Positions 26,169 through 35,117 of a stretch of DNA of 64,000 nucleotides are shown piece after piece. Origin of the DNA: Geopsychrobacteraceae bacterium. Lineage in GTDB: Bacteria; Desulfobacterota; Desulfuromonadia; Desulfuromonadales; Geopsychrobacteraceae. The stretch covers positions 2,112,001 to 2,176,000 of the forward strand of contig CAXXTB010000002.1 in NCBI GenBank assembly GCA_963676795.2. The letters are read 5' to 3'. Position 1 is the first letter of the stretch. Every line of letters starts with the position of its first letter. Under the pieces are notes generated by a model, which was not told where the DNA came from, ran no database searches, and saw only the letters and a list, made by a program, of their open reading frames with translations. The position numbers were made by a program, and so were the translations under genes.

Positions 26169-28871
26169 ATGAGTAAAAAGATGCTGATCAACGCATCGCA
26201 TCCGGAAGAAAACCGGGTCGCGATCGTTGTCGACGGCATTCTCAGTGAACTCGACATTGAGATTGCCGGCCAGGAACAGACCAAGGGAAATATCTACAAA
26301 GCGGTTGTCGTCCGGGTTGAAACCGGCCTTCAGGCGGCCTTTATCGATTACGGTGCCGAAAAACTCGGTTTCCTTCAGATCGGCGAAATCCACCCCAGCT
26401 ACTATCCCCCCAAAGAAGAAGGTAAGGACCGCCCCCGCATTACCGACCTGCTGCGCCGCGGTCAGGAAATTCTGGTCCAGATCGTCAAGGAAGAACGTGG
26501 CAACAAGGGAGCCGCGCTGACCACCTTCCTCTCCCTGCCGGGACGCTACATGGTCCTCATGCCCGACAGCACAACCAAAGGGGTATCGAGAAAGATCATG
26601 GATGATTCAGAGCGCAAAAGCCTGAAAAAAACCATGGCTGAGCTCGACCTGCCGGAACAGATGGGCTACATCGTCCGTACCGCCGGCATCGGCAAGGACA
26701 AGGAAGAGCTCAAACGAGACTTCGACTACCTGGTCCGCCTCTATGAGGGAATCAACGCGCGCAAGGATCAGGTCAAGGCCCCGAGCCAGCTCTACCAGGA
26801 ATCAAATCTGGTGATCCGCTCCATCCGTGACTACTTCACGACCGACATGGACGAAGTCCTGATTGATGACGCCAGGATCTTCCAGGAGGCCAAGGACTTT
26901 TTCGCCCTGGTCATGCCGGAACTCGGCCACCTGGTCAAACGCCACCGGGAACGGCGACCGATCTTTTCGCGCTATCAGATTGAAGAGCAGATCGACGGGC
27001 TGGCCAAAAACCAGACCGCCCTCCCCTCAGGGGGATCGATCGTCATCGACCAGACAGAAGCCCTGGTCGCAATCGACGTCAACTCCGGGAAGATGTCGAG
27101 TGAAAGCGGCATCGAAGCGACCGCCCTGCGCACCAACCTTGAAGCCGCAGCCGAAGTCGGCCGTCAGCTCAGATTGCGCGATTTAGGCGGATTGATCGTC
27201 ATCGACTTCATCGATATGCGCGATCGCAAAAATGTCCGTGAAGTTGAAATCGCCCTGAAAAAAGCCCTCAAAAACGATAAGGCCAAGGTTTCCGTCGGCC
27301 GTATCAGCCAGTTCGGCCTGATGGAGATGAGCCGTCAGCGTCTGAAGCCGGTCTTGAGCGTCGGCGCTTTCCATACCTGCCCGCACTGCCAAGGGATCGG
27401 CAAGGTCAAGAGTGTCGAAGCACAGGCGATCAACTTCTTGCGTCAGGCCCATACTGCTGCGTCAAAAGGCAACGTCGAACGCATAGAGGCGCGGGTGCCA
27501 TTCGAAGTCGCCAACTATCTGCTCAACCAGAAGCGCACGACCATCATCGATCTCGAAAAGCAGCTCGGACTGGAGATTGCCATCATCGGTAGAGACGATA
27601 TGCGTCCGGGTGAGATCGAAGTCGAGCAGCTTAAAAAAGAGAGGACGGCCACTCAGGCTCAGGACAACGCGCCGGTGTCTCACTCGAACCAGATTGAGTT
27701 TGCCCTCGCTGCAGTGAAGAACGATGAAGAGTCGGCCTCCAGTGAAGAGACGACCGAGATCGATGAGCCAGACGAAGCGTCTGCAATCGAAACATCTGCA
27801 CTCGAAGAGGCTCCCAGCGAAACACCAAAAAAACGCAAACGGCGGCGCAGAAGAAAGCCTTCCGCCAAGAAGGAACAGACGGATGTAAATCTGGCCAGAG
27901 AGGAAGCAGGCACTGAAGAATCTGCTGGCTCGCCAAGTGAAGTCGCGAGCGAAGAGCAGCGCGTTCCAGGCGAACAGCCGGCATCTGTCGATTCTCCGGT
28001 TTCAGAGAGCGAATACAACTCCGAGACAGAGACGGCCAAGCCAAAATCCAGAAATCGGCGCAGCAGAAGAAAGCCACGTCCTAATACGGAAGAGGCCCAA
28101 CCTGCAGAATCGCCAGTTGTCTCTGCCGACACTCCGAGCAGTACCGACCCAGTCCAGAGCATAGCTGCTGCCCCTCAGCCCACCGCCAACCAGGGACAAC
28201 CGGGTCCTGAGGCAGCGGCAACGGCAGCCGTACTGCCGGTAGCCAGCCAGGAGCCTGCAACACCACAGGAAGTCGCGGGGACCGAAAGCAGAACTGAAGA
28301 TTCTGCCGAGAAAAAACCGGCGCCAAAACGGCCACGTAGAACATCTGCAGCAAAGAAAGCTGCAGAGAAGACCGAAACTCCGGCTGAAGCCGCCCCTGCT
28401 GAAAACGCCCCAGCGGTTGCAATACCAGGCTCAGACAAGACGGAAGTGCCGGCTGCCAAAAGAACACGCCGCCCGCGTGCCAAGGCAAAGGAAAACTCAG
28501 CGACCGCTGAGTTGGCAGCGCCAACAACTGACGCAAGTGCACAACCAGAGCAGAGCAGCTCAACAGGCCAGGCTGCGGCAGCGGCCCCCGAACAGGTTGA
28601 GGAAAAACCGAAACCGGCCCGGAAACCGAGAAAAACAGCTGCCCAAAAAGCAGCTGAAGAAACCGCGGCTCAAGATCAACCTGAACCGGGCAGCGAAACG
28701 TCAGACCAGCAAAAATCACCGGCGAAACCGCGCAGAACGAGGAAACCCGCAGCTCCAAAAGCGGACACGGCTGGAAGTGACGAGGGACAGAAAGAAGCGC
28801 CTAAAAAGCGCACCAGAAGAACGACAAAGAAAGCTGCCGACACAGCAGCGGCTCCAGAAGAGCCGACCTGA
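26169..28871 (+). CDS. rne: Ribonuclease E (Rne/Rng family) with long disordered C-terminal domain
   Basis: GNIYKAVVVRVETGLQAAFIDYG, GNKGAALTT, IDVNSG, LRDLGGLIVIDFIDM, Zn-link CPHCQG; about 400-aa low-complexity tail. Confidence 0.96.
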   Translation: MSKKMLINASHPEENRVAIVVDGILSELDIEIAGQEQTKGNIYKAVVVRVETGLQAAFIDYGAEKLGFLQIGEIHPSYYPPKEEGKDRPRITDLLRRGQEILVQIVKEERGNKGAALTTFLSLPGRYMVLMPDSTTKGVSRKIMDDSERKSLKKTMAELDLPEQMGYIVRTAGIGKDKEELKRDFDYLVRLYEGINARKDQVKAPSQLYQESNLVIRSIRDYFTTDMDEVLIDDARIFQEAKDFFALVMPELGHLVKRHRERRPIFSRYQIEEQIDGLAKNQTALPSGGSIVIDQTEALVAIDVNSGKMSSESGIEATALRTNLEAAAEVGRQLRLRDLGGLIVIDFIDMRDRKNVREVEIALKKALKNDKAKVSVGRISQFGLMEMSRQRLKPVLSVGAFHTCPHCQGIGKVKSVEAQAINFLRQAHTAASKGNVERIEARVPFEVANYLLNQKRTTIIDLEKQLGLEIAIIGRDDMRPGEIEVEQLKKERTATQAQDNAPVSHSNQIEFALAAVKNDEESASSEETTEIDEPDEASAIETSALEEAPSETPKKRKRRRRRKPSAKKEQTDVNLAREEAGTEESAGSPSEVASEEQRVPGEQPASVDSPVSESEYNSETETAKPKSRNRRSRRKPRPNTEEAQPAESPVVSADTPSSTDPVQSIAAAPQPTANQGQPGPEAAATAAVLPVASQEPATPQEVAGTESRTEDSAEKKPAPKRPRRTSAAKKAAEKTETPAEAAPAENAPAVAIPGSDKTEVPAAKRTRRPRAKAKENSATAELAAPTTDASAQPEQSSSTGQAAAAAPEQVEEKPKPARKPRKTAAQKAAEETAAQDQPEPGSETSDQQKSPAKPRRTRKPAAPKADTAGSDEGQKEAPKKRTRRTTKKAADTAAAPEEPT

Positions 28872-28933
28872 TAAACCAGCAGCCTTTTATCAGCCACAAA
28901 CAACAGGCCACGCGATGCTGCCCTGAAGCATAG

Positions 28934-28969
28934 CAAAAAGGCCCCCCTGTTTCCAGGGGGGCCTTTTTG
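28934..28969. terminator. Bidirectional terminator
   Basis: caaaaaggcccccctg-tttc-caggggggcctttttg between convergent rne and the cyclase gene. Confidence 0.88.
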
Positions 28970-28991
28970 GTTTAGCGATGTTGCCTCTATA

Positions 28992-30140
28992 TCAAGCCGC
29001 CTTGTTGGCAGCGAACTTGGTTTTGTACTCGGTCAGCACCTCGCGAACCAGCGCCTCATCGACACAGATCTGCCAGTCGCCATCCGGGTTTAAGCACTTG
29101 CCCAGTTTTTCAAGGACAACATACTTGACCCCTTTGACTGTCTTCTTGTTGTCGGCCAGGATGGTCGCCATGATCTGATCAACGCTGATATCCTCCGGAA
29201 TGGCCAGATCCAGCCCGAGCTTGTCACCGAAATACCTGTAGTGCATCGCCACCTCTTCATCATTGAGATAGCCCAGTCGCCGGGAGATCTCAGCCGCAAT
29301 ACACATCCCCTTGGCTACCGCGATGCCGTGAGCGATCTTGCCGCCGGAGAAGAACTCCATGGCATGACCGAAGGTGTGACCATACTCCAGGGTCATACCG
29401 AAGGCTTTCTCAGAGGTATCCTGAGCCAGGATCTCCAACTTCGACTGGATAATGGTGTAAGCCAGCTCGGTCAGCTGCTTCGGATCCAGGTTGTCGACAT
29501 CGATCTCCAGGAAGCTGTCGTAGAAGTTCAAAAGCTCAGCATCGTTGATCAGGCAGTTCTTGATCCCTTCCGCAATCGCTGACTTACGACCGACAACACT
29601 CTCGGTGGCCAGGTACTTGGTATCACCGAAGATGAAGATCGGCGCGTAGTACATGCCGTACTGGTTCTTCCCCTGCTTGCCGTTGACCGCCTGCTTGTTG
29701 CTCAGGCAGCTGTCGGTCACGCCCATGAAGGTGGTCGGCATCTCGATGTAACGGATCCCGCGGTAGACCAGACCCGCAGCCAGGCCGACAATGTTGGTCA
29801 GGCAGCCGCCACCGAAACCGATGACGATCGAGCCCTTGGTCACGGTCTTGGCAACCAGTTCCTCACACAAGCCTTCCAGCGTGGTAAACGACTTGTCCTT
29901 CTCCGAGTCCTTGATGACGATCACGTCATGCTTGATGTTGTTCGCAGCAAAGATCGCCGAGATCTCCGGAACGTAAAGATCGTTCAGAACCTGGTTGGTG
30001 ACGAAGAAGACCTTGTCGAAGGAGGTCTGGTTGATCAGGGTCGCCAGCTGGTCGATGATATCGTGGCCGAAGTAGTAGGTCGGATCAGGAACCAGGTTGG
30101 TTTTGAAATCGATCATCTTTTTGGTTTCGAATTGATACAT
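28992..30140 (-). CDS. Sugar-phosphate cyclase, 2-deoxy-scyllo-inosose synthase (BtrC)-like
   Basis: DHQS fold with DOIS-type motifs: GGGCLTNIVG, RGIRYIEMPTTF, DSCLSNKQAVN, GKNQYGMYYAP, EGIKN, LEYGHTFGHAME, AHG, DNKK. Confidence 0.82.
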   Translation of the reverse strand: MYQFETKKMIDFKTNLVPDPTYYFGHDIIDQLATLINQTSFDKVFFVTNQVLNDLYVPEISAIFAANNIKHDVIVIKDSEKDKSFTTLEGLCEELVAKTVTKGSIVIGFGGGCLTNIVGLAAGLVYRGIRYIEMPTTFMGVTDSCLSNKQAVNGKQGKNQYGMYYAPIFIFGDTKYLATESVVGRKSAIAEGIKNCLINDAELLNFYDSFLEIDVDNLDPKQLTELAYTIIQSKLEILAQDTSEKAFGMTLEYGHTFGHAMEFFSGGKIAHGIAVAKGMCIAAEISRRLGYLNDEEVAMHYRYFGDKLGLDLAIPEDISVDQIMATILADNKKTVKGVKYVVLEKLGKCLNPDGDWQICVDEALVREVLTEYKTKFAANKAA

Positions 30141-30253
30141 ATGCGTACCTCCTTGTGCGTGACTGTTAGCGCAACGAGCGTAGAAAGCGAAAGCGGCAGT
30201 GCTCAGTTGCGTACTTTGTGTTTCGGATAAAGCAACACTTGTGCTGTAAGTGA

Positions 30254-30282
30254 AATATAGGCAAGAGCTAATTTTGAGTCAA
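30254..30282 (-). promoter_or_regulatory. Putative sigma70 promoter of the DOIS-like gene
   Basis: Minus strand TTGACT-17-TATATT; AAGGAGG SD at 30148-30154. Confidence 0.65.
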
Positions 30283-30526
30283 GGAAAAAAATGACGTTTA
30301 CTTGATAAAAAAGATGGTGGTTCAAAAGAGTTGAATATTTTCAGGGGTTATGGATTTTCCGATGAAGCAAAAAAAGATTGCAGAGAGGTAAGTTGCTGAG
30401 AATTAACGGGTTTACTGTTATCTCACTAACCCATCGCCGTGCCATGTTGAGTAAGTTGGGTAACAAATACACAGAGAATTGAAGAAAGATGATGACTGGG
30501 TTGGGTTCTGCACCGGCAGTGCACAG

Positions 30527-30542
30527 CCCCCCCCCCCCCCCC
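30527..30542. repeat. C16/G16 homopolymer tract
   Basis: 16 consecutive C on the + strand, just past the dynamin stop codon. Confidence 0.9.
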
Positions 30543-30548
30543 TTTGCC

Positions 30549-32354
30549 CTATGACTGAATCGAGTCGGCAGAATTGAGAATCTGAAGAAGATGTTCAAGC
30601 TCTTTACAAGCAGCTGAGAGTTGACCGATTTTCGGAGCAGCATGAATGGACAGCCCGTCCTTTTTTTGAAGAGCAATCTGCATGGCCTGATGAATCGCCT
30701 CGAGCGCCTTATCTAGCTGCTCAGTCAACTGCTGATTATATTTACGGAAACTCTCAGCGACGCCCTGGCTGAGCGCCCAGTTGATCTGTTCAACGTTCTG
30801 GCCAACAAGCCGCAAAGATTCCTCACGCAAACGCTTGACAGTTCTTTTATGACGAAAACTCTTACGGAACAGCTTGCGTGCGAGACGTTGTCCCAGGGGA
30901 TCCATATCCGAGATAAACAGGTCATCGCTCCAGCCGGGCGGATCAAAAGAGACAAGAACCTGCCCGGTCACAGGAGCCTGGTAAGGGATCTGGAAAATCT
31001 CGGCTGCAGTTTTGCGTAAATCACCGAGAATCCGGTTACAGCGTTGTTGGTGGATATGGAGTAAATCCTCGGCAGACCTGTGGATAATGGTCGCCACCCT
31101 TTTCATCTCACGGGCAAAGAAAAGTGCAAAATGGTCGTTGAGACTCTCACGGACCCTGCGTTCCATCTCTTCGGTATCCCCAATTGCCAGATAGAACTCT
31201 TCAAGAGGCTTAAGCAAACGCTCCTTGGCCAGAGACCGGACATTTTCAACCTCGGCCGTCAATTGATTTTTGATCCGCTTGACATCCCCGGCCAGAACGT
31301 CGGCAGTCGCCAGTTTCTCGCGCTCGAAGAGCGGCAGATAGTGCTGGAATTCCGAGATCTTCTGCTTCAGATCCTGCTCCGGCAACATGATCGCCTTAAG
31401 CTGCAGCTGCAGCTGCAACTGCAGTTGACTGAGCTGGTCAATCAGCCGCAGGCGTAGCGACTGGTGCAGAACATCTGGCTTGTCACGGACCAGAAAATCG
31501 ATCAGATCACTACGGAACAGCTCCATACCGCTCTGACGCCAGAGGTCGGAATCATGATCCTGCCTCGCTTTCAGCCCCTGCAGAGCAGAAAGAGACAGAA
31601 CCTTCGGGACCACATCAACGACAACTTCCAGTTGCTGAACAAGAAAATCGACAGAGGCCTTGATCTGGGAAGGGGAGAACAAATCAATCTTGTTCATGAC
31701 AAAAAAGGTTTTGGGGAGTTTCTGGCGGATCTGCCTGAGATAGTCGATCTCATTTTCTGTTATGGGTGGATCAGGGGAAACCAGGAACAATGCCGCATCG
31801 CACTGGGCAAGCACCCGAAACGCAACTTCGGTATTGTGTCTGAACGTCGAACCAACCCCCGGGGTGTCGATCAATACGACTCCCTGGCTCAGGAAATCAG
31901 CAGGATGGCCGATCTCAACCCGTTCAACCTGCAGCTGATTGTCCGGGTTACCGCCCTCGGTTACGAAACGGTTAAGAAAGCTGGCCAGCGTCTGCCCATC
32001 CTGTTCCGGAAACTCCAGCGGCGGCTTGTCAAGAAAACACACCCTGGCGAAAACCCTCGCTGAATAACTGATATAGGTCGGTATCGCCGTGACCGGCAGG
32101 ATATCACTGGGCAGCAGATCTTCGCCGAGCAGGGCATTGAGCAGAGTACTTTTGCCACGCTTAAACTGGCCGAGAATGGCCAGCCGAAATGCCCCTGACT
32201 CGAGGCGCGCTTTCAGCTGCTCCAGTTCAGTGAAGGTATCGGAGCAGCTTTCCAGATCTTTTATGAGCTCCAGGGATGAGTTAAGAACAGTTTCTAGATC
32301 GTCTCGAACCACTGTCCCTCTGTCAGCGGTTCCCTCCTGGGCAATATCAGTCAT
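30549..32354 (-). CDS. Bacterial dynamin-like GTPase
   Basis: G1 GQFKRGKST, G2 LPVTAIPT, G3 DTPGVGS, G4 NKID; long helical C-terminal stalk. Confidence 0.9.
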   Translation of the reverse strand: MTDIAQEGTADRGTVVRDDLETVLNSSLELIKDLESCSDTFTELEQLKARLESGAFRLAILGQFKRGKSTLLNALLGEDLLPSDILPVTAIPTYISYSARVFARVCFLDKPPLEFPEQDGQTLASFLNRFVTEGGNPDNQLQVERVEIGHPADFLSQGVVLIDTPGVGSTFRHNTEVAFRVLAQCDAALFLVSPDPPITENEIDYLRQIRQKLPKTFFVMNKIDLFSPSQIKASVDFLVQQLEVVVDVVPKVLSLSALQGLKARQDHDSDLWRQSGMELFRSDLIDFLVRDKPDVLHQSLRLRLIDQLSQLQLQLQLQLKAIMLPEQDLKQKISEFQHYLPLFEREKLATADVLAGDVKRIKNQLTAEVENVRSLAKERLLKPLEEFYLAIGDTEEMERRVRESLNDHFALFFAREMKRVATIIHRSAEDLLHIHQQRCNRILGDLRKTAAEIFQIPYQAPVTGQVLVSFDPPGWSDDLFISDMDPLGQRLARKLFRKSFRHKRTVKRLREESLRLVGQNVEQINWALSQGVAESFRKYNQQLTEQLDKALEAIHQAMQIALQKKDGLSIHAAPKIGQLSAACKELEHLLQILNSADSIQS

Positions 32355-32441
32355 CGGCGTATTCCTGTTCTGTGCTTTTCAATTCCAAGTACCGATTATG
32401 ATAACACGGATTTAATCCGATAGGAATGAAACCGGGCAGGC

Positions 32442-33392
32442 TCACTCCGTATCGAACAGTTCGCCGCTGAGATAGCGCTCGCCGGAATCAGGCAGGATAA
32501 CGACAATCTTCTTGCCCTTGAACTCGGCCTGGCGCGCCAGACGAACAGCCGCAGCCGTAGCGGCACCACAGGAGATACCGGACAGGAGCCCCTCTTCCCG
32601 GGCAAGACGTCTGGCATAGTTGAAGGCATCGTCATTGGTGACTTTTTCGACGCGATCGATAAGGCTCAAGTCCAGAGTTTCAGGGATAAATCCGGCACCA
32701 ATCCCCTGAATTTTATGAGGGCCGGGCTGCAGCAGTTCTCCAGCAAGGTGCTGAGAGATAACCGGGCTGTCTGCGGGTTCGACAGCGACAGCGACGATAT
32801 TCTTGCCCCGGACCTCTTTGAAATAACGGGCAATACCAGAAATCGTCCCTCCGGTTCCGACACCGGCGACAATCACATCGACATCGCCATCCGTGGCCTC
32901 CCAGATTTCCGGGCCCGTGGTTTTGACATGGATCGCCGGGTTGGCCGGATTCCTGAACTGATGCAGCAGCAGATACTTCTCCGGATTTTTTTCAGCCATC
33001 AATTCGGCTTCCTGAACAGCACCAGCCATTCCCTTGTTCCCCGGAGTCAAGACCAGGTTCGCACCAAAAGCCTTAAGGATACGGCGCCGCTCCATGCTCA
33101 TGGTTTCAGGCATGGTTAAAGTCAGCTTAATGCCTTTAGACGCAGCCACGAAAGCCAGTGCGATCCCGGTATTGCCGCTGGTCGGCTCCACGATCTCCAT
33201 ACCAGGCTTCAATGTGCCACGCTCAAGAGCATCCTGAATCATCGCCGTACCGATCCGGCACTTTACTGAATAGGCCGGATTGCGCCCTTCGACCTTACCG
33301 TAGATCTGGGCACCATTCGGAACGATTCTATTGAGCCTGACTAACGGAGTTCCACCGATAGACTGCGCGTTATCTGAAAAAATTTTAGCCAC
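32442..33392 (-). CDS. cysK: Cysteine synthase A
   Basis: [11 protein letters not shown] (PLP Lys), [37 protein letters not shown] start at 33392. Confidence 0.96.
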   Translation of the reverse strand: MAKIFSDNAQSIGGTPLVRLNRIVPNGAQIYGKVEGRNPAYSVKCRIGTAMIQDALERGTLKPGMEIVEPTSGNTGIALAFVAASKGIKLTLTMPETMSMERRRILKAFGANLVLTPGNKGMAGAVQEAELMAEKNPEKYLLLHQFRNPANPAIHVKTTGPEIWEATDGDVDVIVAGVGTGGTISGIARYFKEVRGKNIVAVAVEPADSPVISQHLAGELLQPGPHKIQGIGAGFIPETLDLSLIDRVEKVTNDDAFNYARRLAREEGLLSGISCGAATAAAVRLARQAEFKGKKIVVILPDSGERYLSGELFDTE

Positions 33393-33584
33393 GAAGAGCC
33401 CCCTTGCGGTCTGAATCACACTCTTTCAGGTGCGATACCCAAAAGTCAGTTTACCATTCACCATTGAGGGAAAATATAGACGATCAAGGTGAATACAGTC
33501 AACAAACCCGGGAAAAGATGGATTATTTTCCGACTTATACGTTAAAGATCATCCTTGAAGCCTAGCAGCCGAACGAGAGAAAGG

Positions 33585-34262
33585 CTATTGACGGAGAAAA
33601 AGAACGATAGCACCTTCCCCGCCATATTGACGTGGAGCCCGCCCCCATTCAGTCACCAGTTTCTTCCCCTCATGTGTGAGGAAACGCTCTACTTCGTCAC
33701 GCAGAACCGTCTTGCCAGCTTCCGAGTGAAGCCCTTTTCCGGTAATGACCAGCAAAACCCTGGCCTGCTGATAGCGGGCATTGGCGATAAACGACTTAAG
33801 CCTGGCCGTCACTTCATGCCCCTGCAGCCCATGCAGATCAAGAGATAAATCCGGAACAATCCGCCCCTTGCGCAGTTGGCGCATGCGTCGCGGTTCTGCC
33901 GATGCAGGTTCTTCCTCTTCGGGATAACTGTCTTCGAAGCGGATATTCATCTCACCGACAGATTTCAGGAACAGGTCGTTATCAGTCTCGACAACTGCAG
34001 CCTCTTCGGCTGGAGCAAAAGACCCAGCCGGGCCCCGATCCTCACCATCGTCAGCCGACTCGTTGTCCAACCGCTCCACGCCCAGCAGCTTCATTTCATC
34101 TTCAAATAAGCCATAGATGGGCGCCACAGGAACCTGGGCAGGCGCGTCCTGTGGTTGTTGCTGCTGTTGTTCCTCGGAAACAGAAAACCCCTTCAGAGCA
34201 CTGAAGGGGTCACTGGAAAACGGCTTTGGAACAGAAGTTTTGTTTCTCTTCTTTTTAGCCAT
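33585..34262 (-). CDS. Smr-domain protein (small MutS-related nuclease)
   Basis: C-terminal LDLHG, VITGKGLHS, GGEGA; acidic low-complexity N-terminus. Confidence 0.9.
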   Translation of the reverse strand: MAKKKRNKTSVPKPFSSDPFSALKGFSVSEEQQQQQPQDAPAQVPVAPIYGLFEDEMKLLGVERLDNESADDGEDRGPAGSFAPAEEAAVVETDNDLFLKSVGEMNIRFEDSYPEEEEPASAEPRRMRQLRKGRIVPDLSLDLHGLQGHEVTARLKSFIANARYQQARVLLVITGKGLHSEAGKTVLRDEVERFLTHEGKKLVTEWGRAPRQYGGEGAIVLFLRQ

Positions 34263-34269
34263 AACAGAA

Positions 34270-34992
34270 CTAGCGGAGTACCTGTTTGCGACGGCCGGTC
34301 ATGGCCTTGGTCTGCTGCTTGATGATAGCGCCCTGTTTTTCCAGATGGAACTGGAACCACATATCGCCAAAACCTTTCATCTTCATCCGCTTGCCGGCTT
34401 CGAGCAGGTCAATGTTCTCCCTCAAACGCTCATCAGAGGTCTTCTTCACTCCCTGATTGAGAATCTCAACGGCCCTGGCGCGGTTGCCGATATGATCAAG
34501 ACAGAAGGCATAAAGAGCATAGAGCATTGCTTCCTTACGGCTGGCGGCAATCGCCTTTTCAAAGGTACTGACCATCTTGTCGGTCTTGTTTTTCTTCATG
34601 TAACTGATACCAAGCATCGCCATGGCTACCCAGTTTTTGGAAAAACCCTTTTCCAGATACGGCAGCGCTTCGGAAAATTGGCGTTTGATATAATGGATGG
34701 TCCCGATCTGGGAATTGATCTGCCCTTTGATGTAGAACTGCCAGGCCGCGAACTTCATCGAAGCCTTGAGATCACTGATAGCCTTGTCCGCCCGATTGGC
34801 CATAACATCTTTCTGGGCCTGCGTCATGATGGCGGTGATGCGTTTCAGCAGCGATCTTGAGATCAGAATAAAAACAACCACCAGAACGACAAGACCGATG
34901 AGCGAAACAATCCAGGGTTCCGGCGTAATGAAACGCATCGATACTGCCGAAACAACGGCGGCACAGGCGATCGAGATCAACAATGTCAGCAT
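34270..34992 (-). CDS. Hypothetical membrane-anchored TPR-like protein
   Basis: Two N-terminal TM helices, then TPR-like helices (FSEALPYLEK, RARAVEILNQG). Confidence 0.72.
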   Translation of the reverse strand: MLTLLISIACAAVVSAVSMRFITPEPWIVSLIGLVVLVVVFILISRSLLKRITAIMTQAQKDVMANRADKAISDLKASMKFAAWQFYIKGQINSQIGTIHYIKRQFSEALPYLEKGFSKNWVAMAMLGISYMKKNKTDKMVSTFEKAIAASRKEAMLYALYAFCLDHIGNRARAVEILNQGVKKTSDERLRENIDLLEAGKRMKMKGFGDMWFQFHLEKQGAIIKQQTKAMTGRRKQVLR

Positions 34993-35117
34993 GAAAATTC
35001 CCTTAGAGCAAAAAAGTCTTATCGCGAAGAGCACCGGATGGGGTCATCCAAACCCGGCGCGCAACTCTATCAATCTGTACCGAAAATGTCAAAACAAACG
35101 GACAGGCATGCAGCGCA

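Noticed and set aside
28992..30140. Annotation as ordinary aroB (3-dehydroquinate synthase)
   Set aside because: It lacks AroB-type GGGVxGD, DSSVGGKT and LNxGHT, having GGGCLTN, DSCLSNKQ and LEYGHT instead. No aroK or aroC is nearby.
30430..30446. TGGCACG as a sigma54 promoter for the DOIS-like gene
   Set aside because: The -12 element reads ATGGG rather than TTGC; a good sigma70 promoter lies closer to the gene.
31399..31427. (AGCTGC)n hexamer run encoding QLQLQLQL in the dynamin gene
   Set aside because: Short, imperfect and in-frame within a coiled coil; it cannot cause phase variation.
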